DNA of 64,000 bases from Callorhinchus milii (taxonomy: Eukaryota), in the NCBI RefSeq assembly GCF_018977255.1, contig NW_024704743.1:1302001-1366000 (forward strand). The letters run 5' to 3'. The notes below the pieces were generated by a model. It saw only the letters and a program-made list of their open reading frames with translations, was not told the DNA's origin and did no database searches. Positions 1 to 13,530 of this stretch are shown in pieces; within the stretch, counting starts at the first letter, position 1; each line of letters starts with the position of its first letter. Position numbers and translations under genes: made by a program.

Positions 1-1989
1 CAGTCTTGGCGAGATTGATCTGTGCCTCGAACATCAATTTACTCCCTATTTTGGAAACATTTTTCTGAACGTTTCTCTCGTGAGGCCTTTCGATTGTCAA
101 ATGCAACAGTGCGTAATGGCTGTCAATTTCGATGCGCGGTGTTTTAAAAACACCAATTCACACTGTCACACACATCAATTCAGCTAAAACGAGCTGAATT
201 GCAGAATTAATATCTCAGAGTGATGTACGTTACAAGGTTTAACTCGAGACAAAATGTTATGGGAATAACTAGGTTAAAAAGAAAAAAAAAGAGACTGTTG
301 ATTTTAGACAGACCAAACCATTGCCTTCACGGTTTCTTTTCACTTCCCTACTGATCACTAGCCCATATCCCCTCTCAAAGTGCCTGTTCCAACCAACTGT
401 GTGTTTGTGGAATCGAACGCCCGCTATTATCAGTGTTCCAGTTCCACAGAAAGAAGAAGCAAGCGACGTTCGCCTACTGCTTATGAACTCTGATATCGTC
501 ATTCCATTAACCTTGCTATACGTGAGCATAACAGCCAACCGTGTCTGTTGTAACCCTGGAGGTTAATCAGCTAAAACCACCTATCCTATCTTTGCAAGTT
601 ACTGGTGGTTTTGGTCTGCTTGTCCAGCCACAATCAGCCGACACATTAGGACTTTGGCTTGAGAGCTTATTAGAAGCCGAGCTGAAAGGTTTCCATCCCC
701 AATAAACTCGCTGCCTATGATGCAACCAGTTCGGCTGAATGGCCCAGGAGAGCGGCACACTTGCCAGTCTCAGTTATCAGACAATCGAGAGGTCAGAGAA
801 TAGAATTTAAAATCCCACAACTCAGGGATTCAAGGTCAAGTGAAGCTCACACATTGGCGGAAGCAATTGGAAAACATTTGAAAGTCAATGCTCATTTCCA
901 GTCTTGGTTGGTTGTTAATTTTAAATTTTAAACCCATCTTAAATCTGGATTTGGTTTTGTGCTTTCTCTGTTTGTTGAGTGGCAAATAAGGCAACAACGA
1001 ATCAACCAACACCACCAACAACCATATTTCAAACCTCGGTTATGTAGCTATTCAAATGAATTCGCTCTTTGAAATCTAATGCGGGATTTCAATAGCGCTG
1101 GTTTTGGCCGCTTGACGGTTGCTAACAGAGCACAACCCTTTGAGAACGTAGTCGGAAAAGGTCAGAGCTCGTTGTAACATCAGAAACTTTTCCATAGTTT
1201 CACAGCCTCAGCTCCCCATAGCAGGTCCCTCATCAATGCCAGCTGCAGAGAAAGGCGTTTTACAGTGTTGTGAGAAAACGCTCTAAAAATGTTTTCTTCT
1301 CCACAGAGAAAGACACTTAAATATAAAACGAAGTCAATTCGTTACATTCTCACTCCACTACCACCACCAACATCTTGCGTTTATCTAGCTCGGGGTAACA
1401 TCCCACAAGTGCTTGAGAGTGGCTGAGTACGTCCACCGGCAAAGATTTGCGAACAATCAAAAACGTTTGCCAATTATATTGAGTTGTACTCCACAAAATG
1501 ATATCCTGTGCAAAACCAAGTTTTTAACAAAGATGGACAGAGGTTGATCTTAATACCTGATCATCATCTTCATGCCCTGGCCAACAATTATTGATTTCAT
1601 GGCCATTTTGGGACATTGTTGTCCGCAATTGTGCTACTGCATTTGTCTATAAATACACAGTCACTCCAGAATTCCTATATAGCGCCCTGGGACAGTGAAA
1701 GGACCTATACTAATTTGCTGTTGTTGAGACATCCTTCTGATTTGATAAGGTGCTATTCTAAATGCAAGGAATATTACTAGAATTATTATTCTTGCTGAAA
1801 ATCCACATGAAATCTAAATCATTGCACAAACTCGAATAGGGAAAAGTTACACAGGTTTATACAATTATTCTGTGTGTATATTCAGATATATATTATATAA
1901 ATTTTATATATATTATTTTATTATACATATATAAAGCGGTGTTGGCAGGGGAGGGGGTATAGCAAGTTTTATTGAGGATGATGTACTTC

Positions 1990-2245
1990 AGGCCGCCGCA
2001 ACCCTCATACATGCATTCATAACTTCAAGTATGCAAACTCCTTGCTTGTCGGCCTTCCCAACTCCTCCCTCCATAGGCTGAAGATCATCCAGAAATTTGC
2101 ATCCCATGTCCTCTCCCACACCAAGCTCTGTTCCCCTATCCCTTGCCTGACTCTACTAGCTTCCCACCACTCAGAGGATACAGTTCAAGATCCTTGTCCT
2201 CACCTTCAAAACCATCCATGGCCTTGCTCCCCCTTACCTCGTTGA
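1990..2245 (+). mobile_element. L2-type LINE ORF2 C-terminal fragment
   Basis: LIHAFITS…LLVGLPNSSLHRLKIIQ…; frameshifted. Confidence 0.8.
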
Positions 2246-2435
2246 CCAAATATGGAAGAAAGATATATTCTTCAAAAGGTTTACAATTGGAACTATTGTA
2301 AAAATAACAGTACTTTTTTTTTGGTCAGCCAATATCTGACGCATGTGGAAACCCATCACCATGCTTAACAGTTTCCAACCCAAACCGAGAATTCACCTAC
2401 ATATGGAAATCCCAGATAGATTGTAGGAATGGAAC

Positions 2436-2475
<40 letters not shown>

Positions 2476-2610
2476 TGGAGGGACGCATTCTGCTTACCTG
2501 ATTCCAGAAAAGTGTTAGGCAAGGCTTGGGGACCCCAGGACGTTGGGATAATGTTTTCGAAACATAAATAGCAAATTAATATTACAATTCACCAAATAAA
2601 TATAAATATA

Positions 2611-2964
2611 TTCCTTGCATTTTGGTTATAGGCGCCTTATCACGTCTTGGAGACGTCTCAAAGTGCTTTACAGAATGAATTGTAAAGTAAATTGTAAAAT
2701 GAATTGACTATATTTTGTGGGCGAAACGAGGTTGCCAATTCCACACAGCAGTGTCCTACAAACTTTTGTAAAATAAGACATTTTTATTTATTTTGAAGGA
2801 ATTATTACCCTCGGAAAAGCAATCCGCCAATTGACTAACAACTGGATTCCTACTTGGTAAACAGAGGCATGTGGAGTAAGGAAATTTGCCAAACATTTTG
2901 CTCTGCTGGGAATCGAACCCAGGTCCTCTCGCTCGCGAGACGAGTGCTCTACCCACTGAGCTAC
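2611..2964 (-). mobile_element. SINE family A copy
   Basis: Reverse complement of the head, body and tail of the 38005 element. Confidence 0.85.
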
Positions 2965-5900
2965 TTAAATTTTTATTGCAGATCACCCGTCAACTCCTCC
3001 CGGGTGAAGTTCCAGTTTGTCCATTCTATCCCTATAACTAACCCCCTTCAATTAGGCATCTTTCTGCTGAATCTATACTGCATGGCCACTAAGGTTAGTA
3101 CATACTTTCTAAGGTGTGGTATTCCAAATGAGGTCTGCCCAAGGCGTTATTATACAACTATCATTTTAAAACCAAACTAGACACCAAAAGGCAGGAAACT
3201 CATGTCTAGTCAACTTTAACTTAACGCATGCGGTTTGTTTTCTCCAGGCTGCTAGAATACATGCTGTACATTTCTAACAAACAGACTGGAGAGTAAATTC
3301 CAGGCTATAATCGAATCTCAGGCTTTAGAGACCATACTTACTTCACATTCGGATCAATAACCCTTCAATATATGACTTCCTTCTAATACTAATCTTATTT
3401 CTCTTATTCTGTGTTTATTTCTCCATAATGTATGTTATATGTACGTCTCCATAAAGTATTTAGCGTTTTCAGTTTTCATCCAAATTCATAATTTATAACA
3501 CCGCTCCATAATCTTCATCTTGGGAAGATGCTAACAAGAATTTACATTTATATAGCACCTGTAATGCAGGGTAGCATTTCAGCAGATACGTACATCCCAC
3601 CTGATTTAGTTGCCTCCATAACGAGTCAACAAATTAATTCCAGTCTTCTGTCCACAAAATATGTAGTCAATTTACTTTACAGTACATTCTGTGAGGCACT
3701 TTCAGATGTCTCAACTACGTGATAAGGCACAATATCAAATGCAAGGATTATTAATATACTGCATATTATTATTAAATCAGCAACTCAGAATACAATACCC
3801 ATTAAACCGAGAATGTCTCTGCTTTGCAATGGCTGTACACAGATTAATAGATTTACCCACCAAGCAATCATTGTTTGCATTTCAAATACTTATTTTCACG
3901 ATTAAAAACAAGCAGAAGCTGGGGGTGATAGTGTTTCATAATGATTTCATAGCAACACCATAGAAATCAAAATCCACACACACACACATCTTCAGCTTCC
4001 ATATAATATTTAGAATTCTAATTTTTTTAAAAAGCGAGTTATAAAATCCACATCTCACTTGACGGATTGACCACATCAGACAAGACACTAGGATGCATCA
4101 GGGTACAAATTACAACCCTCAGCTATTCATTGTGTATCCTAATATATTGTATGAGGTTAAACATGCAGACTTTCTAAAAGCAAAACACACAATGTTAACA
4201 AGAAAATAAGACTTTTTGAGGTTGTTTTCTGAAATGAATTGGCTATTGATTTTGTTATCAGGCCATTAAGTGCGTGAAGCAATACTGTAATACAGTCACC
4301 TGATCCTGATCAACAGAATAATTTCAATCGCAAAATATTGCATTTCGTCTCATTTCTTTGCTAGCCACCGACACAGTCCCTCTGTGACACAAAATGGTGA
4401 CAAGAAAAGGTGAGGCATCTGGAAAACAGAGCTAAATAACCAGTGGCTCCAAAATAAACTGCATCTCATTTCGATCACTATCAACCAGCAAGATTCTAAA
4501 GGTACATTCAACAGCACAATAGCTAATAGTTTTACCTATCTGGGAGGATTGCCAGGATCTCTTTTACTGCAAACAAATCACTTGGCACACATTAAAAATT
4601 ATGCAAATAAAAAAAAGCATCCCAATCGCATCGCAGCAAAAGCATAGTCAAATAAATGCCTCGAAAAGGGGGAGGGCAAGGGTGGGGAGAGAAAAAAAGA
4701 CTACTGAAACCTTCCAACCACAAGTCTCTTCTTTTCTCTGAAGCAGAGAGTTAATCACGCTTCCTGGACGCTCCAGACAAGAAGACACCAAAACCAGAGA
4801 GAGAAATGATCCATCCTTCAATCAATTCCTTGTTTGGCTTTCTCATTTGTTCCATTTTGTTCTTTGGAAGACAAAACTGATTTTAAAAAAAACTATCAGG
4901 AAATGTCTGCAGAATAATCCATTTCAGGCTACGCAGGCCTATGCCAGAAAGGTTATACTGTGCTGTATGCACAGGAATTTACATAGAACTCTCCAGGGAA
5001 GGGAGGAGAGAAGCACACCAGAGAGCGAGAGAGGACACCAGCAAACACATATTTACTGTCAACATGTCTCAAAAATTGTCTTTAATACTTCGTACTGTTA
5101 CAGTAAAAGCGCAGCTTCCTTCCTGCACCCCTACTCAATATATGTGCAATTATACAAATGAACCAAAAGGTTTAAAAACATTATTTGCAACCTTCAGCTG
5201 TTTGCTGCGCTCACTGCAACACACCCTAGTTTGTCCATGGAGACGATGATTAATAATAAGTCGCTCAAGCACATTTACCTCAAGTACCAATTTTTGTACC
5301 GAACAGCGACACAAAATTGAAAACATGAAAGGTTTAGCTGATCTAGAAAAGTGGCTCTCTCTCAAAAGCAACTGGGCAGCGGTGCTTGGTAGTTTAAGCT
5401 TTTTTGCCCGAGGCATGTCTCTCCTAAAAATAAAACAGCAGCAGGCATGTTTTTTTAAAAAAAATCTGGAGGCCAGCCATAAGGAGTGGCACAGGTTACT
5501 GCAAGCTATGAAGCAAGAAGAGCATTTTTGGGAACAGACTCAAAAACTTAATGGAAACAGCAGCCAAAACTGAATGAATATAAAGTTTCTCTAAAAAGAG
5601 CCAAGGGGACGTCTGCAGTCTTTGTACAAATGCTCATGTTTCTTTTTCCTGGGCAGAAGGAGAATGGGGAGGGGAAGGAAAGATTTCACAACAGGACAAA
5701 AGACATTTACTTTATGAACAAAACTAATATTACCCATTGAGAACCACTGAGATACCCTAAATTTAAAGATATTGAGAATCTCCTGACAGGCATAAATCCG
5801 CTCATTCTATATATTTTTTTTCGAAAGCATTTTTTAAAAAAAAAAACTTGTTCCCAATATAAATAATTAGCTTTTCCAAACAGGGATAAATAACCAACAA

Positions 5901-6743
5901 TAAAAAGATGCTCAAATTCTTAAATTTAAAGTCATCAGCAACAGGTCCCTTCCTACAAAATATTTATATTTAATAAGAAGCCAACAGGTAAATCACAACT
6001 ATCATTCAATGGCATTATAATAATAATCCTCGCATTTGATAATTGTGCCTGATCACATCTTCGAGACGTCTCAAAGCGCTTCACAGAATATTGACTGTCT
6101 ATATTGTGGGCAAAATGCAGCAGCCAATTGCGGACAATGTCCACAATCAGCATTGACAATAATCAGTATCGAGTGGTAATTTTCCCCTCTTCTCCCTCCC
6201 TCCAACTCATGTTTCTATGTTTCGCCCACAAAATAAACAGTGAATTCACTTTACAGCGCACTCTGTAAAGCCCTTTGAGACATCTCGAAGATGTGATAAG
6301 GCGCTATATCAAGTGCATGGATTATTATTACATCAGCAAATCTGCAAGTGATTTCAATCCACTTTCCGAACCAAATGCACATCTGGCAAATATTTAAACA
6401 CGTATGTTAAAAAAAAAGGGCCCAGAACAATATTTTTTTAAAAAATCCAGAATGCCTTTGAATTTTTTTAAAAAAAAATTGGAAGAGGGGAGGGAGGAAA
6501 AGAGTTAAATTCACAATACAGTTCTTTTAAGTAAGGGGAAGGGGGAAGAGGGGAAGGGGGAAGAGGGGAGGCGAAAAGTTTTATAAAAAAAAGGAAATGG
6601 GGAATCCTCACAAAACGTATAAACATGGAATGACACGTAGAATGCAACAGTTATACACATTTACAGCATCTTCTTTTCGATGTTTCTCTGTCTGTCTCTC
6701 TATGTGGAGGCTCAGTGAGTGAGTGAGTGAGTGAGTGTGTGTT

Positions 6744-6777
<34 letters not shown>

Positions 6778-6959
6778 AGAGCAAAATGAGAGAGAGAAAT
6801 GCACATTCCAGGAGTTAAAACCCTTTTTCGCAACAAGTCAGTGTTGCAGTGATTACACAGAGAGGGAGAGAGAGGGGAGACCTCCCTTTGCAGTCAGTCC
6901 ACAGACCCACATCCATTCCTCAGTCCCTGGGCCTCTCTCTCTCTCATCAGCCGGCCCAG

Positions 6960-7790
6960 GAGAGTGGGGGGGAGAGAGGGGGAAGAGTGGGTGGGGAGGG
7001 GGAGAGCGGGGGGGAGGAGGAGGAGGATGTGTGGAGTGGGGGGAGAGAGGAGTGGGGGGGAGAGAGAGAGGGGAGAGAGGAGGAAGGTGGGCTGGTGGAG
7101 TGGGGTGGGAGGGGGAGAGGGAGTGGAGTGGGGGGGAGAGTGGAGTGGGAGTGGGGGGGGAGAGTGGAGTGGGAGTGGGGGGTGAGAGTGGAGTGGGAGT
7201 GGGGGGAGAGTGGAGTGGGAGGGGGGAGTGTGGAGTGGGAGTGGGGGGAGTGGAGTGGGGGGAGAGGGAGTGGAGTGGGGGGAGAGTGGATGGGGATGGG
7301 GGGAGAGTGGAGGGGGTGAGAGTGGAGTGGGAGTGGGGGGGAGAGAGTGGAGTGGGGGGAGAGGGAGTGGGGGGGTGGGGGGTGTGGGGGAGAGAGAGTG
7401 GAGTGGGGGGGAGAGAGTGGAGTGGGGGGAGAGTGAAGTGGGGGGGGGAGAGAGTGGGGGGGGGTGGGGGAGAGAGAGTGGAGTGGGGGGAGAGTGGAGT
7501 GGGAGTGGGGGGGAGAGTGGAGTGGGGGGTGTGGAGAGAGTGGAGTGGGGGAGAGAGAGGAGTGGGGGGTGTGGGGAGAGAGAGTGGAGTGGGGGGGAGA
7601 GAGTGGAGTGGGGGGAGAGTGGAGTGGGGGGGAGAGAGTGGGGGGGGGGTGGGGGGAGAGAGTGGAGTGGGGGAGAGTGGAGTGGGAGTGGGGGAGAGAG
7701 TGAAGTGGGGGGGTATGGAGAGAGAGTGTGGAGTGGAGTGGGGAGAGAGAGAGAGCGGAGTGGAGTGGGGAGTGTGGGGGTCGGGAGAAG
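6960..7790 (+). repeat. G-rich low-complexity array (GAGAGTGGAGTGGGGG-like)
   Basis: About 830 bp, almost C-free on the + strand. Confidence 0.95.
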
Positions 7791-8049
7791 AAATACAGAA
7801 ATACATCTAAAACATCGCACCTCAGCAGCAGCAGCTCTGCCATTCCAGCTTCACCGACTGCCAGTTCCCACTCGAGCCCCGGGGGGGGGGGGGGGGGGGA
7901 GTGAGGGGGGGAGTGAGGGGGGGAGTGAGGGGGGAGGGGGGGGGGGGGTGTCAGGTGAAGGTTTATACACAAACAAACACACACACAGACTGACTGACTG
8001 ACTTTCACTCACTCACTCACTCACTCCCCCCCCCCCCTCTCTCTCTCTC

Positions 8050-8550
8050 TCTCTCTAGGCCTCAGCGTCGTCTGAGGTGGGCGGGTGGCGGTGGCGGCGG
8101 TTAGAGGAGGAGGAGGAGGAGGCCGAGCGCCCGCGGAGGGGCGGAGGCTGAGGCTGAGGGGAGGGAAGGAAAGGGAGGCGAAGGGGGGGGGGGGGAGGAG
8201 GTGAGTGGGGGCCCTCCGCCGCCGCTCGGTGTGTGAGGGAGAGAGAGAGCCGCCCCCCGCCGCCCCCCCGCACAGTAACTTACCCGCATAACTCAGCTCT
8301 GGACTGGACTGACTGACTGGACTGACGGGCGCTCCCCCTCCCGCCCGCACCGCACCGCACCGCCCGCTCGAGCGCGGGGGGTCTCTGTCTGTCTGTCACT
8401 CACTCAGTCAGTCAGTCAGTCAGTCAGCGCGGGACGGGACGGGACGGGACGCCGCCTGGACTCGCGCGCGCGCGCGCTCCCGCCTCGGACCGTTGGTGTC
8501 CAGCACGTCAATCATCAGGCCCGAGGCGGGGCTACCGAGGGGGGAGGGGG
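8050..8550 (-). promoter_or_regulatory. CpG island with putative non-coding first exon (about 8284-8450) of a minus-strand gene running off the left edge
   Basis: CpG-dense; GC boxes; (GC)n run near 8464-8477; TGACGTG at 8504-8510; strong donor GCGG|GTAAGT at 8278-8283. Confidence 0.6.
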
Positions 8551-8554
8551 GGCA

Positions 8555-8930
8555 GCAATTGGGGTATTAGGGACACCCCCCCCCCCCTCACCCCACCAAC
8601 TACTGGGAGGGGGTTCGGCAATTGGGTATTAGGGGGACCCCCCCAACTACTGGGAGGGGGTTCAGCAATTGGGTATTAGGGGGACCCCCCCCAACTACTG
8701 GGAGGGGGTTCGGCAATTGGGTATTAGGGGGACACCCCAACTACTGGGAGGGGGTTCCGCAATTGGGTATTAAGGGGACACCCCAACTACTGGGAGGGGG
8801 TTCCGCAATTGGGTATTAAGGGGACACCCCAACTACTGGGAGGGGGTTCGGCAATTGGGTATTAGGGGGACACCCCCCCCCAACTACTGGGAGGGGGTTC
8901 AGCAATTGACAATTAGAGGAACCCCCAACT
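8555..8930 (+). repeat. Minisatellite, core unit about 46-48 bp, 7 copies plus a partial
   Basis: gcaattgggtattagggggacccccccaactactgggagggggttc starting at 8555, 8618, 8665, 8713, 8759, 8805, 8851 and 8902. Confidence 0.95.
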
Positions 8931-9759
8931 CCATCACTCGGGGGTGGAGGGGATTATTGGACGGTTCGTTCCCGACTCGCCCTTCATTTCCCAACCCTAA
9001 CCCCCCCCCCCCACTCGGGGGGTTAAAAACGTCCCCCAAATTGACTCGGTCCGAGTCAATAAAAACTGGGCGCGGTGGGGACGGGACGCGTTCGGCTGGC
9101 GATGCCCTGGCCGACCGTACAGACCAGCCCGTTACCCCCCCCCCACCGCGCGTCCCCCCCCACCACCCCCCCCCCACCCCCCCGCCACCCTCCGCCCCTC
9201 GTGTGATCACAGACTCGCTCTACAACCGTAGGGGCAGACCCTAGTCCCCAATCAAGAGCAACCAGGGACCGTTCCGCCCCCCCCCCCCCCCCCACCCCCC
9301 CCCAATAAAAAACACCACCCATCAAGCAGGCTCGGTTCACGAGATTCCCGGTTAAACCACAAGGAGCAAGATTCCGGGCACTGCTTCCTGAACTTTTTTT
9401 TGAGCCCAAAAGGTCCACCTGTGAGACCTTTCGGCTTAAACTTTTACAGGAGGCACGAAAACACAGAGAGGCGAGAGAGAGAGAGAAAAAAAACCCAACT
9501 CAGTTTCAACTCTGTCTCTCTCCCCGCACCCCTCACCCCCCCCCCACCCACCCACCCACCCACCACCACCAAAAAAAGTTTGGGCTTCAAAATTAAGACG
9601 GCATTTCTACAACTCGGGAAATGGCGCAGCTGGTATCACTCTTGCCTCTGAATCAGAAGGTTTATGGGGCGTCCTGGAGCTTGGTGGTTGGAGCGCTCGC
9701 CCCACAAGCGAGAGGACCTGGGTTCGATTCCCGGTCAGGGTGAAACGTTGGGCAAGTTT

Positions 9760-10082
9760 AATAATAATAATAATAATCCTCGCATTTGATATAGCGCTTT
9801 TCACGTCGGGAGGACGTCCCAAAGCGCTTCACAGAACACACTGTAAAGTGAATTGACTGTATATTTGTGGGCGAACGCGGCGGCCGATTGCGCACAGCAA
9901 TGTCCCACAAACAGTCATGGATTGAAAATGACCAATTTATTACTGTTTTTGGTTTTGGAGGGATTATTATTAGGCTCTGTGTGGAGTAAGGAAACTTGCC
10001 CAAGGTTTCGCCCTCTGCCTGGGATTGAACTCAGGTCTCTCACTTGCAAAGCGAGTGCTCTAACCACTGAGCTACAGGACTC
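9760..10082 (-). mobile_element. Young SINE A variant nested in an older plus-strand SINE A
   Basis: Flanked by aagttt direct repeats (9754-9759, 10085-10090); near-identical to 16555-16878. Confidence 0.9.
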
Positions 10083-12959
10083 GAAAGTTTCCTTTCTCCA
10101 CGCACAAAGCCTCTGTTTACTCAGCAGTAAGTAGGAACCCGCTTGTTAGTCGATTGGCAGATCGTTTTTCCGGGGGTGGGGGGGGTGGGGGAAATAATCC
10201 TTTTTTTAAAAAAAAATATTGTTCACTTGTTCACTTAATCCACGACTGTTTGTGGACAATGCAGTGTTCAATTGGCAATTATTATTATGTGTTCATACCC
10301 CACGTTCAACCTTTGAACTCACAAGGACGAGCCGTGCTGGAAAAGAGCCACGTTATCAGAGTTGCCATTCTTTGGATGAGACATTAAACCAAGATGTCTG
10401 TGCCTGTTCAGGTGGATGTTAAAGATCCACCTGGTGTTTTTCAAAAAAAAAGTTTCTCTCTCCCAGTAACCTGGCCAAAAATGCCCCAAAATAAAATTGG
10501 TCATTTACTTTGTGGCTGTTTATGGGACATTGCCGTATGCAAAATTGGCTGCTGCATTCGCCTCCATGACACACAGTTACAACACTTTACAGTAAAGTTT
10601 CCAGCGCCTTGGGACGTCCTCCTGACGTGAAAGGCGCTCTACAAATGGAAGGATTATTACTATTATTACTGCCAAACTGTTCCACAGACAAAGACTTGAT
10701 GGCATTTCAGGTCTTTGTAGCACTTCTAGAAGCCCCTATGTGAAACTAGGGATGGATTTAGTCAGCAAAGGGAAAGATTTCAATGTCCACGGATGAGAAT
10801 ATTACAAAATCATCACGATTCACGCAGTGGCTTTCATTCAGCATGCATTGCTGTTGAACATGCATGTAGAACATTGACAGCCCTGAAAAAATCATTAGGT
10901 CTGTGAAGCACTTTGAGATGCCTTGAAGACATGATAAGGCGCTCTGTCAAATGCAAGGATTATTATTATTATTTCGCCCACAAAATATATTATTATTATT
11001 ACACGCTACCCATACATGCGCCCACCCGATACTCACAAACACCCCCACCCTGTGCAAACCACACAAAAACACACACAACTATTCACTTTCCACCCCCACA
11101 CACACCAACACGCATTCCAACCACAGCTCCTCCAACCACAAACCCCCCCAAAAGAACAGCCGCCTCCCCCAAAACACAGCCCTCCCTCAAAAGACGCAGC
11201 ACCACCCCCCCCCACCCCAAAAGACGCAGCTTCCCTCCCCCTCAAAAAGCACACAAAACAATCTGTGAAAGATGTGCAGTATTATTATTTACCCAACGGT
11301 TTCAGCGAGGCTGTACGTTTCAGATATTGGCCCGTGCTGTTTGGCACCATTCCCCCCTGGGAGGTGGGGGAGTGTGAGTGGGTGTCGGGCTGAGCCATCA
11401 TCCTGATCCCATTGACTCAGTTCAGCACGGCACTCTCAACCATTGAGCACATGGATTCTTGGAACAGACCTGCGTCGCAGACACTTCAACCAACTCGCAT
11501 AAAACAGTGCCGGAAAGAATTTATCTTACATTTGGTTTATCTTAAAAAAGAGACAGTCAGGATACAAAGCCACTGCGCTGGGCTGCTAGAGTGAGTTACG
11601 TGGCAACAGTATCTCAGGTTTAATCTGAGCGCGCTGGAGACCAATAGAAATTGGCTCAGTCACTGGGTTTTTAAAGCTCCTCGTTTTGCTGGAGGATCAG
11701 CAGTTTGAAATGCTATTCACGTAACGTGCTTTGCTGGTGCTCCCCGCTTCTAAATCTAAACCTTCTTCAGAAATTACTGGCAACTTAGTGACCCGGTATT
11801 AATTCGAGCACCGAAACAGGCCATCATCATAAGAATACTCGCCTTCAACATAGCGCCTTAGCACGTCCCAAAACGCTTCGCTGGATTCACTGTAAAAGGG
11901 CAGTGACTGTTCTGTGTACTTGTGGGCGAACATTCACAGTCTTGTCTCACAAAAACAGCCATGAAATGAATGAACCATCGTAGCTGGGGCGGGAGAATTG
12001 TTGGCCAGGACACAAGTAGAAAGAAACTCGCTTCTCTTTCCAAATTGTGCCGTTAGTGCTACTTTAACGTCCGGATGAACAACAACAACGACAAATTACA
12101 TTTACACGTCAGGAGGACGTCCCAAGGCGCTGGACGTTCAGGGATTTGGACCCGAGCTGGGGGTTGGGATCAGGAGGGGAGGAGTGGCGGGCAGGGGTAG
12201 GAGGGTGACCGAAGGTGCAGGTCGAAGAGGAGGTCTCGAGATATATCTTTGAAGGAGGCGCGGCGAGGGAGCGAGCGAAACCGAGGGGGACTGTGTGATG
12301 GAGTTCCAGACACAGACGAGACCTCAGTTTAATGTCTCATCCAAAGTGAGGCGCCTGCTGTGCGCAATTGGCTGCCGCGTTTCGCCCGCAAAACTACGCG
12401 GTCAATTCACTTTGCCGTACGTATAGCCTGGGAAGCGCTTTGAGACGCCTCGAAGACGCGATAAGGCGCCGTATCAAATGCGAGGATTATTATTATCGGA
12501 CAATGTAACCGCCCCCCACCCCCCCCCCCCCCTCCCCACCCAGCACTGCTTTGGAGTGTCAGCCAAAACCAGGGGTCACCAACCAATTGATCTCCACGTG
12601 GTGGCGGTGTCGAGTACGATCAAGAAAGACAAGAGGGAGGAGGGATGCAACTGGGTAAGTATTTAGGCCAGTTCAAAACTAAGCCAGATGTGCAAAGTAT
12701 TCCATGCATCTGGAAATAAAAATACAACTTTTTAAAAAAAAACTGCAGTAAATATCTCCCCTTGTTTTTTTTTTCAGTCAGCGTGTGCGAGACGCTGACT
12801 GGGGCCCATCTTAGCACATGAGCTCCAAAGTGTTTTTTTTTTGACGCGGGGCTTGAACCCGCAATCTTTCTGACTCCAGCGGCGCGAGAGCGCAACCACA
12901 CGAGCCAGGCTGACAGCACTCAGCCTAACTGGACGCTGCCAGTGTTCAATACAATTTTA

Positions 12960-13530
12960 ATCATAGAATCAGACAGTACCGACGGAGGCCATTCGGCCCA
13001 TCGTGTCTGTGCCAGCTCTTTAAAAAGAGCTTTTCTAAATCAATCCCACTCCCCCCCCCCCACCCGCTGTCTCCCCCCATAGCTCTGCAAACATGTCCTC
13101 CCCGGATAATTATCTACTTCTCTCTTAAAAGCTGTTACCGAATCGGCTTCCCCCATCCTTTCAGGCATTGCATTCCAGACCCCAACAACTCGCTGTGTGA
13201 AAAAATTCCTCCTCACCTCCCCTCTGTTAATTTTAACAACTATTTTCGATCTGTATCCACGGGTTACAGACCCACCCGCCGGTGGAAATAATTTCTCCTT
13301 GTTCACCCTATTGAATCCCCTCATAATTGAAAACTTCTATTAAGTCTTCTATTCTCTGCTCCAAGGACAATAATTCTGGCTTCTCTCGCCTCTCATGACA
13401 ACTGAAGCCCCTCGTTCCTGGTACCATGTTGGTCAATCTCCTTTGCACCCTCTCCAATGCCTTGACATCCTTCCTAAAGTGTGGAGCCCAGAACTGAACA
13501 CAGTCTCTCGCTGAGGCCTAACCAGCGTTT
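12960..13530 (-). mobile_element. CR1/HER1-type LINE 3' fragment
   Basis: Translation LFP…TRG…RRNFFTQRVVGVWNAMPE…SVTAFKRE is typical of the CR1 ORF2 C-terminus; tail gggccgaatggcctcc. Confidence 0.9.

Noticed and set aside
6731..8008. Gly/Glu-rich and Pro/His/Ser-rich ORFs of 260-360 aa (similar ones at 22667-25272 and 27369-28176)
   Set aside because: Artefacts of low-complexity repeats, open in several frames on both strands.
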